A stretch of DNA of 61,674 nucleotides from Actinomycetota bacterium. GTDB taxonomy: Bacteria; Actinomycetota; Acidimicrobiia; Acidimicrobiales; AC-35. The notes beneath the pieces are model-generated. The model was not told the DNA's origin and did no database searches. It saw only the letters and a program-made list of their open reading frames with translations. Where the stretch lies: positions 1 to 61,674 of the forward strand of contig VAXP01000114.1 of NCBI GenBank assembly GCA_005884125.1. The letters are read 5' to 3'. Each line of letters starts with the position of its first letter. Within the stretch, counting starts at the first letter, position 1. The position numbers were made by a program, and so were the translations under genes. This document shows positions 18,681-27,858 of this stretch, in pieces.

Positions 18681-19509
18681 CCTCGAGCCCCTGCACGGGA
18701 TGGTCTACTTCGCCCCGGAGGCGGACTCGGCCTTCGCCGCCATCGGTCTCGAGGGCCAGCGCATGGGGTACTTCGCCTCCCGGTCCGCGGCCATGGGAGC
18801 GGTCCCCGCCGAGGTGGTCGTCGCCACCTTCTTCAACTTCTGCCCTTCCCTGGTGCATGCCGTGATCCCGGCGGCGTGGGCCGCGGCCGACCCGGCCTCC
18901 ATCCTCGAGGCCAGGTTGAGCGCCGTCGACGGTGCCCTGACGCGAGTGCTGGGCGACGGCGCCCTGGGCGGGTCTGAGATGGCCGAGGCGGCCCAGCTGG
19001 CCCGCCGGGCCGCGGAGGCCGCGTGCGGGCACCCCGAGGGCCGTCCCCTGTTCGCCGGCCACGCCTCCCTGGCCTGGCCCGACGAGCCCCACCTCGTGCT
19101 GTGGCACGCGCAGACCTTGCTGCGGGAGTTCCGGGGCGACGGCCACGTCGGCGCCCTCATGCTGGAGGGTCTCTCCGGCATCGAAGCCCTGGTGGTGCAC
19201 GGAGCCACGGGTGAGGTGCCCCCGTCCGTCCTGCAGGCCAGCCGGGGTTGGTCGGACGGCGAGTGGGCCGACGCGGTAGAGGGCCTGCGCTCTCGCGGGC
19301 TCATCGGACCGGGAGACACCCCGCCGCTCACCGACGCCGGTCGCGAGCACCGGCAGTGGGTGGAGGACAGGACAGACCAGCGGGCCGTCGTGGCCTACGA
19401 GCCCCTGGGGGAGGACGGGTGCCAGCGCCTGCGCTCGCTGGGCCGCGCCTTCAGCCGGGCCGTGGTGGACAGCGGCGTTCTGGCCATGGACCGGCTCGGG
19501 CGGGTGTAG
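18646..19509 (+). CDS. hypothetical helical protein
   Basis: The coding-like sequence begins MDTMEARKTWRTLEPLHGMVYFAPEA... (ATG 18646 or 18655). About 285 aa. No family recognised. Confidence 0.65.
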   Translation: MDTMEARKTWRTLEPLHGMVYFAPEADSAFAAIGLEGQRMGYFASRSAAMGAVPAEVVVATFFNFCPSLVHAVIPAAWAAADPASILEARLSAVDGALTRVLGDGALGGSEMAEAAQLARRAAEAACGHPEGRPLFAGHASLAWPDEPHLVLWHAQTLLREFRGDGHVGALMLEGLSGIEALVVHGATGEVPPSVLQASRGWSDGEWADAVEGLRSRGLIGPGDTPPLTDAGREHRQWVEDRTDQRAVVAYEPLGEDGCQRLRSLGRAFSRAVVDSGVLAMDRLGRV

Positions 19510-19517
19510 GAGCCCCG

Positions 19518-20363
19518 GTGGGGCGGCGGCCCGGGAGCACGACTCCGGTCCAGGTGACGGTCGTGGAGGACGGCGGGGCCAGGGTCCGGCCCGATCAGCT
19601 GGCCACCGAGGAGCCCATGGAGATCCGCGTGGCCGCCGTAGGCGAGCGCAGGTCGGTCGCGGTGACCATGCGCACCCCGGGAGCCGACTTCGAGCTGGCC
19701 GCCGGGTTCCTGTTCTCGGAGGGCGTCGTCGCCGGCCGTGAGGGCATCCGCTCCATCCGCTACTGCCTCGACCGCGACGTCGAGCCCGACCAGCGCTACA
19801 ACGTGGTGACCGTCGAGCTGGCGGGACCGGCCTTGCCCGCGCTGGAGACCATGGAGCGCCACTTCGTGACGTCGAGCGCCTGCGGCGTGTGCGGGAAGTC
19901 CAGCCTCGAGGCCCTCCAGCTGCGCGCCGGCCCTGTGGCCGGAGGGCCGCAGGTGGGGGCGGGCACCCTCCACCGTCTACCCGAAGAGCTGCGCCGGGCC
20001 CAGGGTGTGTTCTCCTCGACGGGGGGTCTGCACGCCGCGGCCCTCTTCACCCCCGACGGGGGCCTGGTGGCGGCGAGGGAGGACGTGGGGCGCCACAACG
20101 CGGTGGACAAGCTCGTGGGCTGGGCCCTGCTCGAGGGGCGCCTGCCCCTGAGCGGACACGTCCTCGTGGTGAGTGGGCGGTCCAGCTACGAGATCCTGCA
20201 GAAGGCGGTGACGGCCGGGGTGCCCATGGTCTGCTCGGTTTCCGCCCCCAGCAGCCTGGCCGTGGACGTGGCTCGCGCCTTCGGCGTGACCCTGGTCGGC
20301 TTCCTCCGCGACGGCCGCTTCAACGTCTACGCGGGCGAAGGCCGCGTCTCTTCGCCCCGCTGA
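19518..20363 (+). CDS. fdhD: formate dehydrogenase accessory sulfurtransferase FdhD
   Basis: GTG 19518 follows AGGAG. Contains SSACGVCGKSSLE and EDVGRHNAVDKLVGW, the FdhD hallmark motifs. Confidence 0.9.
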   Translation: MGRRPGSTTPVQVTVVEDGGARVRPDQLATEEPMEIRVAAVGERRSVAVTMRTPGADFELAAGFLFSEGVVAGREGIRSIRYCLDRDVEPDQRYNVVTVELAGPALPALETMERHFVTSSACGVCGKSSLEALQLRAGPVAGGPQVGAGTLHRLPEELRRAQGVFSSTGGLHAAALFTPDGGLVAAREDVGRHNAVDKLVGWALLEGRLPLSGHVLVVSGRSSYEILQKAVTAGVPMVCSVSAPSSLAVDVARAFGVTLVGFLRDGRFNVYAGEGRVSSPR

Positions 20364-21364
20364 GCACCGGCCCCGGGCTGAGCACCGGCCCCGAGCTGGC
20401 CCCTGGCCCCGGGCCGGGCAGCGCCCGACAGGCGGCGCCGCTGGGGGGCCACGGTGGCGCGGGGCTCCAGGGCCGACTCCGTTCCCGCCTGGACCACGGC
20501 GAAGCGCTCGACGGCCGCCCCGGCCAGCAAGGTGGCGGCGCCCGCCACCTCCAGGGTCCTCCTCCGGCGCCCGGCCGCCATCAGGGCCGCGCCCCCGGCG
20601 GTGAGGGCGGCGGCCCACCGCGACAGCCGTGCCGCCCGTCCCCCGCCGCCATAGGGGGCGCCCGCCTCCGGGCCGAGCCTGCGCTCCATGATCCGGGTCC
20701 CGGCCAGCTCGGCCAGGGCGGCGAACAGGGCCAGGCGCCGGGCCGGGGCCGCCTCCGGGCCCGGGGTGAGCAGGACGGCCGCGGCCCCGGCGCTGGCCGC
20801 GGCGCCGGAGGCGAACACGAAGGGCAGCTCGCGCCCGGCTTCGTGCCAGGCGGGGACGGCGGTGTCGGACACGAGCACGGCGGTGTAGGTCGCCAGCAGC
20901 GGTCCCAGCGCGCCGGACGCGCACTCCAGAGCCCGGCCCGGGCCCCGGGCCACCCCGGTCAGCTCCGAAGCCGCCGCCCCCACCGCGGCCGGGCCCATGG
21001 CCGCGAGGAGCCAGGCCCCGGTGTTCATGGGCGAGGTGGGCTTGAGGACCCTCAGCATGTTGGCGAAGCGCCCGGGACGGCCCAGGTCCTCGACCAGGAG
21101 CACGGGGCTCACCAGGACGGCTCCGGCCGAGTTGAGCAGGGCCCGGCGGGCCAGGCGGTCGTTGCCGGCCACCCGGGCGGCCAGGGCGAGGGTGGCCGAG
21201 GCGCCCGCCAGCCCGCCGGCGAAGAAGTAGGCGGGGATGGGCCACCTCCACACCGGGGCCTTGAGCACGGGCTGGTCGTAGTAGGAGCGCACCTCGGCGT
21301 CGGGGACCACGGACGCCTCCCGGCCCCCGCCCCCGCCCGGCCCTGCCCCGGAGGAGGTCCTCAC
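20327..21364 (-). CDS. NrfD/PsrC-type integral membrane subunit of the formate dehydrogenase
   Basis: GTG 21364 overlaps the stop of the Fe-S subunit (GTGA). Contains SYYDQPVLKAPVWRWPIPAYFFAGGLAG and several TM helices. Its 3' end overlaps the fdhD 3' end by 37 nt. Confidence 0.75.
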   Translation of the reverse strand: MRTSSGAGPGGGGGREASVVPDAEVRSYYDQPVLKAPVWRWPIPAYFFAGGLAGASATLALAARVAGNDRLARRALLNSAGAVLVSPVLLVEDLGRPGRFANMLRVLKPTSPMNTGAWLLAAMGPAAVGAAASELTGVARGPGRALECASGALGPLLATYTAVLVSDTAVPAWHEAGRELPFVFASGAAASAGAAAVLLTPGPEAAPARRLALFAALAELAGTRIMERRLGPEAGAPYGGGGRAARLSRWAAALTAGGAALMAAGRRRRTLEVAGAATLLAGAAVERFAVVQAGTESALEPRATVAPQRRRLSGAARPGARGQLGAGAQPGAGAQRGEETRPSPA

Positions 21365-22155
21365 CGCCGGGATCCGGCGAAGACGGCGGCCACCCCGGCG
21401 GCCAGCGAGAGGGCGGCGGCGGCCGCCGCCCGCCACATCCCGGCCAGGTCCCGGGTGGTCACCACCGGGTCGGGGGGGAGGCCGTAGACCTCGGGATCGT
21501 CGAGGAGAAGGAAGAAGGCGCCGGCGCCGCCCACCCCGTCACCCTGGTCGTGGCCGTACAGGCGGGCCTCGGCCGTCCCCTGCTCCTGCAGCCGTGAGAC
21601 CCGGCGCGCCGCCCTGGCCCTGAGCTCGTCCAGGGGGCCGAACTGGATGGAGTCGGTGGGGCAGGCCTGGGCGCAGGCGGGCTCGAGCCCCGCGCCCAGG
21701 CGGTCGTAGCAGAAGGTGCACTTCCAGGCCCGCCCGTCGTCCTTGCGCTGGTCGATGACGCCGAAGGGGCAGGCGGGCACGCAGTAGCCGCAGCCGTTGC
21801 ACACGTCGGCCTGGACGACGACGGTGCCGAACTCGCTTCGGAACAGGGCCCCGGTGGGACACACGTCGAGGCAGGCGGCGCGCGTGCAGTGCTTGCACAC
21901 GTCCGAGCTCATGAGCCAGCGCACCCCGCTGCCGCCGCCGTCCCCCGACGGGACGGGACGGGCCTGCTCGACGAAGGCCACGTGGCGCCAGCTGTTGGCC
22001 CCCAGCATGCCCGTGTTGTCATAGGAGGTGGCCCGGAAGTCGAGGCCGTCCTCCGGCACGCCGTTCCACTCCTTGCACGCCACCTCGCACGCCTTGCACC
22101 CGATGCAGACGCTGGTGTCGGTGAAGAAGCCCACCCGGGGCCCGTGCTCGTTCAT
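21361..22155 (-). CDS. formate dehydrogenase iron-sulfur (beta) subunit, 4Fe-4S dicluster protein
   Basis: Contains CIGCKACEVACKEWN, CKHCTRAACLDVCPTGA, CNGCGYCVPACPFG and CTFC...CAQACPT cysteine clusters. It has a C-terminal TM helix. Its start overlaps the alpha subunit stop by 4 nt. Confidence 0.9.
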   Translation of the reverse strand: MNEHGPRVGFFTDTSVCIGCKACEVACKEWNGVPEDGLDFRATSYDNTGMLGANSWRHVAFVEQARPVPSGDGGGSGVRWLMSSDVCKHCTRAACLDVCPTGALFRSEFGTVVVQADVCNGCGYCVPACPFGVIDQRKDDGRAWKCTFCYDRLGAGLEPACAQACPTDSIQFGPLDELRARAARRVSRLQEQGTAEARLYGHDQGDGVGGAGAFFLLLDDPEVYGLPPDPVVTTRDLAGMWRAAAAAALSLAAGVAAVFAGSRR

Positions 22156-25100
22156 GCCCGGCCCCCGTCTGCGCCGGGGTCGGGGGCCTCCCCGGCCCGG
22201 CGCCGGTAGTCCTCGACCAGGGCGACCAGGGCGGGGCCGCGCGGCCGCCGCCCGGGCCTGATGTCGCAGGTGGCCGCCTTCACCTCCTGGATGTGCACGT
22301 TGGGGTCGAGGGCCACCGGGAACAGGTCGTTGGCCGAGTCGCCCGTCGACAGCCCCCTCTGGCCCCAGTGGTAGGGGAGCCCCACCTGGTGGACGATCCT
22401 GCCCCCGACGCGGAGGGGGGCGACGCGGCGGGTCACCATGACCCGGGCCTCGATGGCGGTGCGGGTGGACACGATGGTGGCCCAGCCCCCGTGGACGAGC
22501 TGCCTCTCGGCCGCCAGCTCGGGGCTGACCTCGCAGAACATCTCAGGCTGCAGCTCGGAGAGGTAGGCCACGGTGCGGCTCATGCCCCCGGCCGTGTGGT
22601 GCTCGGTCAGGCGGTACGTGGTCATGACGTAGGGGAAGGCACGGGCCTCCCCCCGGCCCTCCGACGCAGGGTTGAAGGGGTTGTGCCGGTGCCGGGGCCG
22701 CTGGCGGGCCGGGTTGGCCTGCTGGGCGTACAGGGGGTTGGCGCACGGGGACTCGTGGGGCTCGTAGTGAACGGGCAGGGGTCCGTCGACCAGGCCGTTG
22801 GGCACGAACAGCCAGCCCCGGCCGTCGGCCTGCATGACGAAGGGCTCGTCACCTCGGAGGGCGTCCTCCGCGGTGGCGCCGTCGGGCGGCACGTAGTCGG
22901 GCGCCATGTCCACCTTGAAGTCGGGAACGTCGAAGCCGCTCCACCGGCCCTGGTCCCCGTCCCACCACACGTAGCGCTTGCGCTCGGACCAGGGCCGGCC
23001 CTGGGGGTCGGCGGAGGCCCGGTTGTAGAGGATGCGGCGGTTGGCCGGCCACGCCCATCCCCACTCGGGCGCCACCCAGTGCTGGTCCTGCCCGGGCCTG
23101 CGCCGGGCCGTCTGGTTGTTCTCCTGGGCGAAGCACCCGCAGTAGATCCAGCAGCCGCAGGCGGTGGAGCCGTCGGCCCGCAGCTCGGTGTAGGAGGACA
23201 GGGCGGCCCCATCCGGCCCCCAACCGTTGATCTCTCGCAGCACGGCCTCGGCGTCTGGTTCGGCCCGCGGGCCCGAGGTGGGGTAGTCCCATGTGAGGTC
23301 CAGCACGGGGCGGTCCCTCTCCAGTGGGGAAGCGGCCAGCTTGTCGCGGATGACGCGACCGAGGTGGAAGTAGAACCACAGGTCGGAGCGGCAGTCGCCC
23401 TCCGGCTCCACCGCGGCGTGGTGCCACTGCAGGAGGCGCTGGGTGTTGGTGAAGCTGCCGTCCTTCTCTGTATGGGTCGCCGCGGGGAGGAAGAAGACCT
23501 CGGTGGCGATCTCCTGCGTGCGCAGCTCGCCCGTCTCGATCTCGGGGGCGTCGTACCAGAAGGAGGCGGTCTCGATCTCGCAGAAGTCGCGCACCACCAG
23601 CCAGTCCAGCTTGGCCAGGGCCTGGCGGTGGAGCTTGCCGTTGGCCGACCCGACGGCCGGGTTCTCGCCGATCACGAAGAAACCGGCGACCTTGCCGTCG
23701 GCCATGTCCAGGGCCGTCTGGTAGGTGGAGTGGTCGCCGGTGATGCGGGGCAGGTAGTCGAAGCAGAAGTCGTTGCCGGCCGTGGCCGCCGGTCCCCACC
23801 AGGCCTTGAGGAGGCTGACGATGTAGGAGTCGGAGTGACCCCAGAAGCCGCCCGGCGCCGACGTGCGCTCGACGTAGCCGGCCAGGGTCTGGGCCCCGCC
23901 GCCGGCGTGGGGCATGGAGAGGTAGCCGGGCAGGATGTTGTAGAGGGTGGGGATGTCGGTGGAGCCCTGGATGCTGGCGTGGCCCCGCAGGGCCAGGATC
24001 CCCCCGCCGGGCCGGCCCACGTTGCCCAGCAGCAGCTGGATGATGGCCGCGGTCCGGATGTACTGGACGCCCACGGAGTGCTGGGTCCAGCCCACCGCGT
24101 AGCAGAAGGCCGAGGTGCGCTCCCGTCCCGAGTTGGCGCACAGGGCCTCGGCCACCTCGAGGAACATGTCCCGGGGTACGCCGCACACCTCCTCCACCCG
24201 CTCGGGCGTGTAGCGGGCGAAGTGGCGCCTGAGCAGCTGGAAAACGCAGCGGGGGTGCTGGAGGGTGGGATCGACGCTGGGCGGCCTTCCCCCGTGCAGG
24301 CTCGAGCCCTGGCCGTGGGCCTCGCCAACGGCCGCGCCCTCGGCGTGGGCGGCGGCGGGCAGGACATCGAGCCCCTCGTACTGCCATGTGGCCGTGTCGT
24401 AGATGCGCCGGTCCGGATCCCAGCCCGAGAAGAGGCCGTCGAGGTCCTCGGTGTCGCGGAAGCCGGGATCGATGATGGCCGAGGCGTTGGTGTAGGCCTC
24501 GACGTACTCGCGGAACTCGCGTCCGTTGGCCAGGATGTGGTTGACGACCGCCCCCAGGAAGACGATGTCGCTGCCGGCCCGTACGGGCACGTGCACGTCG
24601 GCCACGGCGCTGGTACGCGTGAAGCGCGGGTCGATGTGGATGACCTTCGCCCCTCGTTGCTTGGCCTCCATGACCCACTGGAACCCGACGGGATGGCACT
24701 CGGCCATGTTCGAGCCCATGATCACGATGCAGTCGGAGTTGCGCAGGTCCTGCTGGAAGGTGGTGGCGCCACCCCGCCCCAACGACGTCCCCAAACTGGG
24801 GACGGTGGAGCTGTGTCATATGCGGGCCTGGTTCTCGATCTGGATGGCGCCCAGGGCCGTGTACAGCTTCTTCATCAGGTAGTTCTCTTCGTTGTCCAGC
24901 GTCGCCCCCCCGAGGCTGGCGATGCCCGTGGTGCGGCGCAGCGACGCTCCCGTTCCGGCGTCGTCGTGCTCCCATGTGGCGGCCCGGGTCGCGATCACCC
25001 TCTGGGCGATCATGTCCATGGCCTGGTCCAGGGGCAGCTCCTCCCAGCGGGTGCCGTAGGGGCGGCGGTACTTGACCCGGTACTCGCGGCTGGGCGAGGT

Positions 25101-25439
25101 GACCAGGCTCTTGGTCGCGGCCCCCTTGGGGCACAGCCGCCCCCTGGAGATGGGGCTGTCGGGGTCGCCCTCGATCTGGACGATCTCGCCGTCCTTGACG
25201 AACACCAGCTGGCCACAGCCCACCGCGCAGTAGGGACAGATCGACCGGACGACGGCGTCCGCGGTCTCGGTGCGTGGCGCGAGCGCGGCCGTGCCCGGCG
25301 AGCGGGCGGCGGGGCCCCGCCCGAGCCCGTCGTGCTCCTTGACCTGACGCAGGACGGGCCACGACGACACCAGCTCACGCAGGGTGCGGCCGCTCACGAT
25401 TCCACTCTTCCCCGGACGCCGCCGCCCCATGGCATGCAT
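22152..25439 (-). CDS. formate dehydrogenase alpha (molybdopterin) subunit, selenocysteine-containing (in-frame TGA at 24818-24816)
   Basis: Track ORFs 24816..25439 and 22152..24794 are in the same frame and joined by a single TGA: ...GAIQIENQARI-U-HSSTVPSLGTSLGRGGATT. This aligns with E. coli FdnG ...ARV-U-HGPTVASLAPTFGRGAMT. The N-terminal CPYCAVGCG is the Fe-S motif. Confidence 0.9.
24778..24818 (-). promoter_or_regulatory. UGA codon plus candidate bacterial SECIS hairpin
   Basis: The RNA reads UGA-CACAGCUCCAC-CGUCCCC-AGUUU-GGGGACG. This is a perfect 7-bp stem with a 5-nt loop containing GU, starting 11 nt after the UGA. CCACC/GGUGG flanks could extend the stem. Confidence 0.65.
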
Positions 25440-25949
25440 CTAGGACCGGCGCGGGGCGAGCACCGCCTCCACGGCCTCGAGGTCCGAGGGGCCGTTCACG
25501 TTGGTGAGCTCGCCCCCCAGGGCGGTGACGACGCTGGGGCCGAGGCGGTCGAGCAGGGGGAGGAGGCGCCGTTCGCCCCGGGCCAGCAGGTCCGCGCAGG
25601 CGGCCAGCGCGTCCGAGCGGGCGTAGCGCCCGCACAGGGGTTGGGCCCGCCCTCCGGGGTCGGCAGCCACGACGGGGTCGCGCAGGGAGACGCCGGCCAG
25701 CCGGCTGACCAGAGGAGCGGCCAGGGGCAGGTCGCAGGCGAGCACCAGCACCCGCTCGGCATCGACCGCGGCCAGGCCGGTGGCCAGCGCGTTCAGGGGG
25801 CTCTGGGGACCGGGCCCGTCGAGGACGGTCTCGGCCGGCGGGAGTGGGGGCAGGTCGATGGCGGGCCGGGACACCACCGCTATGCGGCCGCAGTGGGGGA
25901 GGAGGGCCTCCACCGCCCTCTCCGCCAGGGTCTTGCCCGCCACCACCAC
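25440..25949 (-). CDS. mobA: molybdenum cofactor guanylyltransferase MobA (functional N-terminus appears to extend to about 26000-26024)
   Basis: The ORF from the first canonical start (GTG 25949) lacks the nucleotide-binding motif. The same frame is open upstream and encodes LDGIVLAGGGGRRLGRAKATVVVAGK, the MobA LAGG..R.G signature. The stop abuts the ATG of the alpha subunit. Confidence 0.8.
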   Translation of the reverse strand: MVVAGKTLAERAVEALLPHCGRIAVVSRPAIDLPPLPPAETVLDGPGPQSPLNALATGLAAVDAERVLVLACDLPLAAPLVSRLAGVSLRDPVVAADPGGRAQPLCGRYARSDALAACADLLARGERRLLPLLDRLGPSVVTALGGELTNVNGPSDLEAVEAVLAPRRS

Positions 25950-26058
25950 CGTGGCCTTGGCCCGTCCCAGGCGCCGGCCCCCGCCCCCGGCGAGAACGAT
26001 CCCGTCCAGCCTGTGCCCGTTCAGGTCGCGTCGGTCCGGGTCGGGGGGGCGGCTGTGG

Positions 26059-27342
26059 TCAGCCCGTTCCCAGCTGGGCCGCCGACTTGGGGTCGGGCGC
26101 GTCCCAGGCCGTGCCGCCGACCCGGCCGCCCAGCTCGGGGCACTCGGGAGCGAAGGTCCCCCAGCTGCACTCCATGCCGGGCACGACCCAGTCGTGGAGC
26201 ATCCAGATGTCGGTGAGCAACACCTTCCTGCCTCCCGCGGCCAGGCACTGCGCCGGGGTCAGGCCCTCGGCGCCCACCACGACGCCGGCGGGGTTGATGC
26301 ACAGGCCGCCGTTGGCGTTGTGCTGGTGCCAGAGGTCATTCGGCCCCGAGAATCCCTCCGGCGCGCCACCGGGGTGGTACACGAGATAGCTGAGGCCGAC
26401 GAGGCGGGCGTCGGGCGTGGTCCCGTCGTAGAGCAGCTCGGAGGGAGCGGCGGGGTCGAAGCGGCTGACCAGGGTCACGTTGGTGAAGTGGGCGCCGATG
26501 CAGGGCACGTAGGGGGTGGACATGCGGTAGCCCGCCCTCTGCGCGTCCGCCGCCGTGGGGTACCGCGTCACCACGCTTCGGGCCTGCACCTGCTGTTGCG
26601 CCAGCAGGGCGCGGGTGGGCTCGTCGATCGGCGCCTGGGGCGTGGGCCCCCGATGGAAGTGACCCTCCGTATCGGTCACCTGGGCGGGCGACGCGGGCGG
26701 GCCCGCCTTTTCGCACGGCGTCGCGCCCGTGAGGCCGGCTGTGTCGCCGTGGGCGTGCAGAAGGCCGGGGAGGGCGGCGTGGCTGTGGCTGTGGCCGGCG
26801 AAGGAAGGGGTGACCCCGATGGCACTGACGGCGGCCACGACCAGGCCGGCGGTGACGATCGACGTCGCCGGTGTGAAGGGCAGACGCCCGCGCAGGAGAG
26901 CGGGACGGGCGACGGCGGCGATGCAGCCCACGACGATGAGGTACTCGAAGACGGAAGCGGTCGTGTCGGACACGCCCACGGCCTCGATGGTGGAGCCGTG
27001 GGGGATCAGGGGCACGCCCGTCGTCCGTGACAGCACCCAGATGACGATCACGGCCGCGTTGGGCAGCCCCAGGAGGAACACCCGCCGCGTCGGGCGCAGC
27101 ACGATGGCCACGGCCCAGGCCAGCTGGAACCAGGCCACGACCAGGAAGAAGGCGCCGTGGGCCCAGCCCTGGACGAAGTGCCCGGGCGCGAAGGCGAAGT
27201 GGATGGAGGCGGCACCCAGAGACAACAGGGCCAGCACGGCCGGGATGGGCGCCATCGGGGGCCCTGACCCCGGCGCTGCGGGCTCGACCAGGTATTCCGG
27301 CTCGGGCGCGTCCCCCGGGCGTTGTCGCGTCAGAACGCTCAC
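26059..27342 (-). CDS. hypothetical integral membrane protein with a His/Cys-containing extracytoplasmic C-terminal domain
   Basis: 427-aa ORF with about 5 N-terminal TM helices, a GHSHSHAALPGLLHAHGD segment, and a roughly 230-aa domain with conserved-looking Cys pairs. Same strand as, and just upstream of, mobA-fdh. Confidence 0.7.
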   Translation of the reverse strand: MSVLTRQRPGDAPEPEYLVEPAAPGSGPPMAPIPAVLALLSLGAASIHFAFAPGHFVQGWAHGAFFLVVAWFQLAWAVAIVLRPTRRVFLLGLPNAAVIVIWVLSRTTGVPLIPHGSTIEAVGVSDTTASVFEYLIVVGCIAAVARPALLRGRLPFTPATSIVTAGLVVAAVSAIGVTPSFAGHSHSHAALPGLLHAHGDTAGLTGATPCEKAGPPASPAQVTDTEGHFHRGPTPQAPIDEPTRALLAQQQVQARSVVTRYPTAADAQRAGYRMSTPYVPCIGAHFTNVTLVSRFDPAAPSELLYDGTTPDARLVGLSYLVYHPGGAPEGFSGPNDLWHQHNANGGLCINPAGVVVGAEGLTPAQCLAAGGRKVLLTDIWMLHDWVVPGMECSWGTFAPECPELGGRVGGTAWDAPDPKSAAQLGTG

Positions 27343-27450
27343 GTGCCCTCCCTGGTCGACGCGATCCTGAACGGAGCGTAGCGGGCGTGTGGACGCGTCG
27401 GCGGCCAGAGAGGCGGGAAAGGCGGGTGGCGATGCCCCGCCGGCGCGCCC

Positions 27451-27846
27451 TCAGTCCTGGTCGACCAGGGGAGCGAGGAGGACGCTCGCCACCACCCCTC
27501 CCGTGGCTGCCGCCAGCACCAGCCAGCGGCCGAAGCGAGGCCCGTTCCGCCAGGCCAGGATCGTGGCGGCAACGTCACCGGCGTCGGCCAGGCCCCCGGC
27601 TTCGAGCCAGCCCCGCACCGGTCCGTCGCCGCGCAGGGCCAGGAGCGCGCCGAGCCCCAGGGCGACATCCCGCGCTCCCAGGGCCCGGCCCATGACCTCG
27701 ACCGAGGGGCGGGCGGCATCGGTCCCTACCCACGGACGGGCGGGCAGGCGGGGGAGGGCGAAGGCGGTGACGCCGAGGGCCACACGGGCAGAGGCCAGAG
27801 CCCGGGCCGAGGCTCGGGCCTCCTGGGTCGTCGAAGGCAGCCGCAT
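27451..27846 (-). CDS. small hypothetical membrane protein
   Basis: 131-aa ORF with three or four hydrophobic helices and good coding bias. Confidence 0.55.
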   Translation of the reverse strand: MRLPSTTQEARASARALASARVALGVTAFALPRLPARPWVGTDAARPSVEVMGRALGARDVALGLGALLALRGDGPVRGWLEAGGLADAGDVAATILAWRNGPRFGRWLVLAAATGGVVASVLLAPLVDQD

Positions 27847-27858
27847 CCGGGACCCTGC

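Noticed and set aside
20360-20395. 18-bp tandem duplication GCTGAGCACCGGCCCCG(G/A) just after the fdhD stop
   Set aside because: There are only two copies. It lies within the low-complexity C-terminal tail (GAGAQ repeats) of the NrfD-like ORF. This is probably a trivial slippage product.
24794-24818. The stop codon splitting the formate dehydrogenase alpha subunit, read as a pseudogene or gene fission
   Set aside because: The two parts share one frame. The stop is TGA at exactly the Sec position of FdnG/FdhF homologues, and a hairpin follows at SECIS spacing. Selenocysteine recoding is the better explanation.
22293-26216. 1307-aa plus-strand ORF, together with many other long ORFs such as 584..1852, 1791..3494, 27949..30273, 17893..19350, 38600..40741 (5' part), 56566..58368 and 57582..59795
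   Set aside because: They lie antisense to, or out of frame with, genes that have clear family signatures. Their translations are Arg/Pro/Gly/Ala-rich with no motifs. This is the usual shadow-ORF artefact of very GC-rich DNA.
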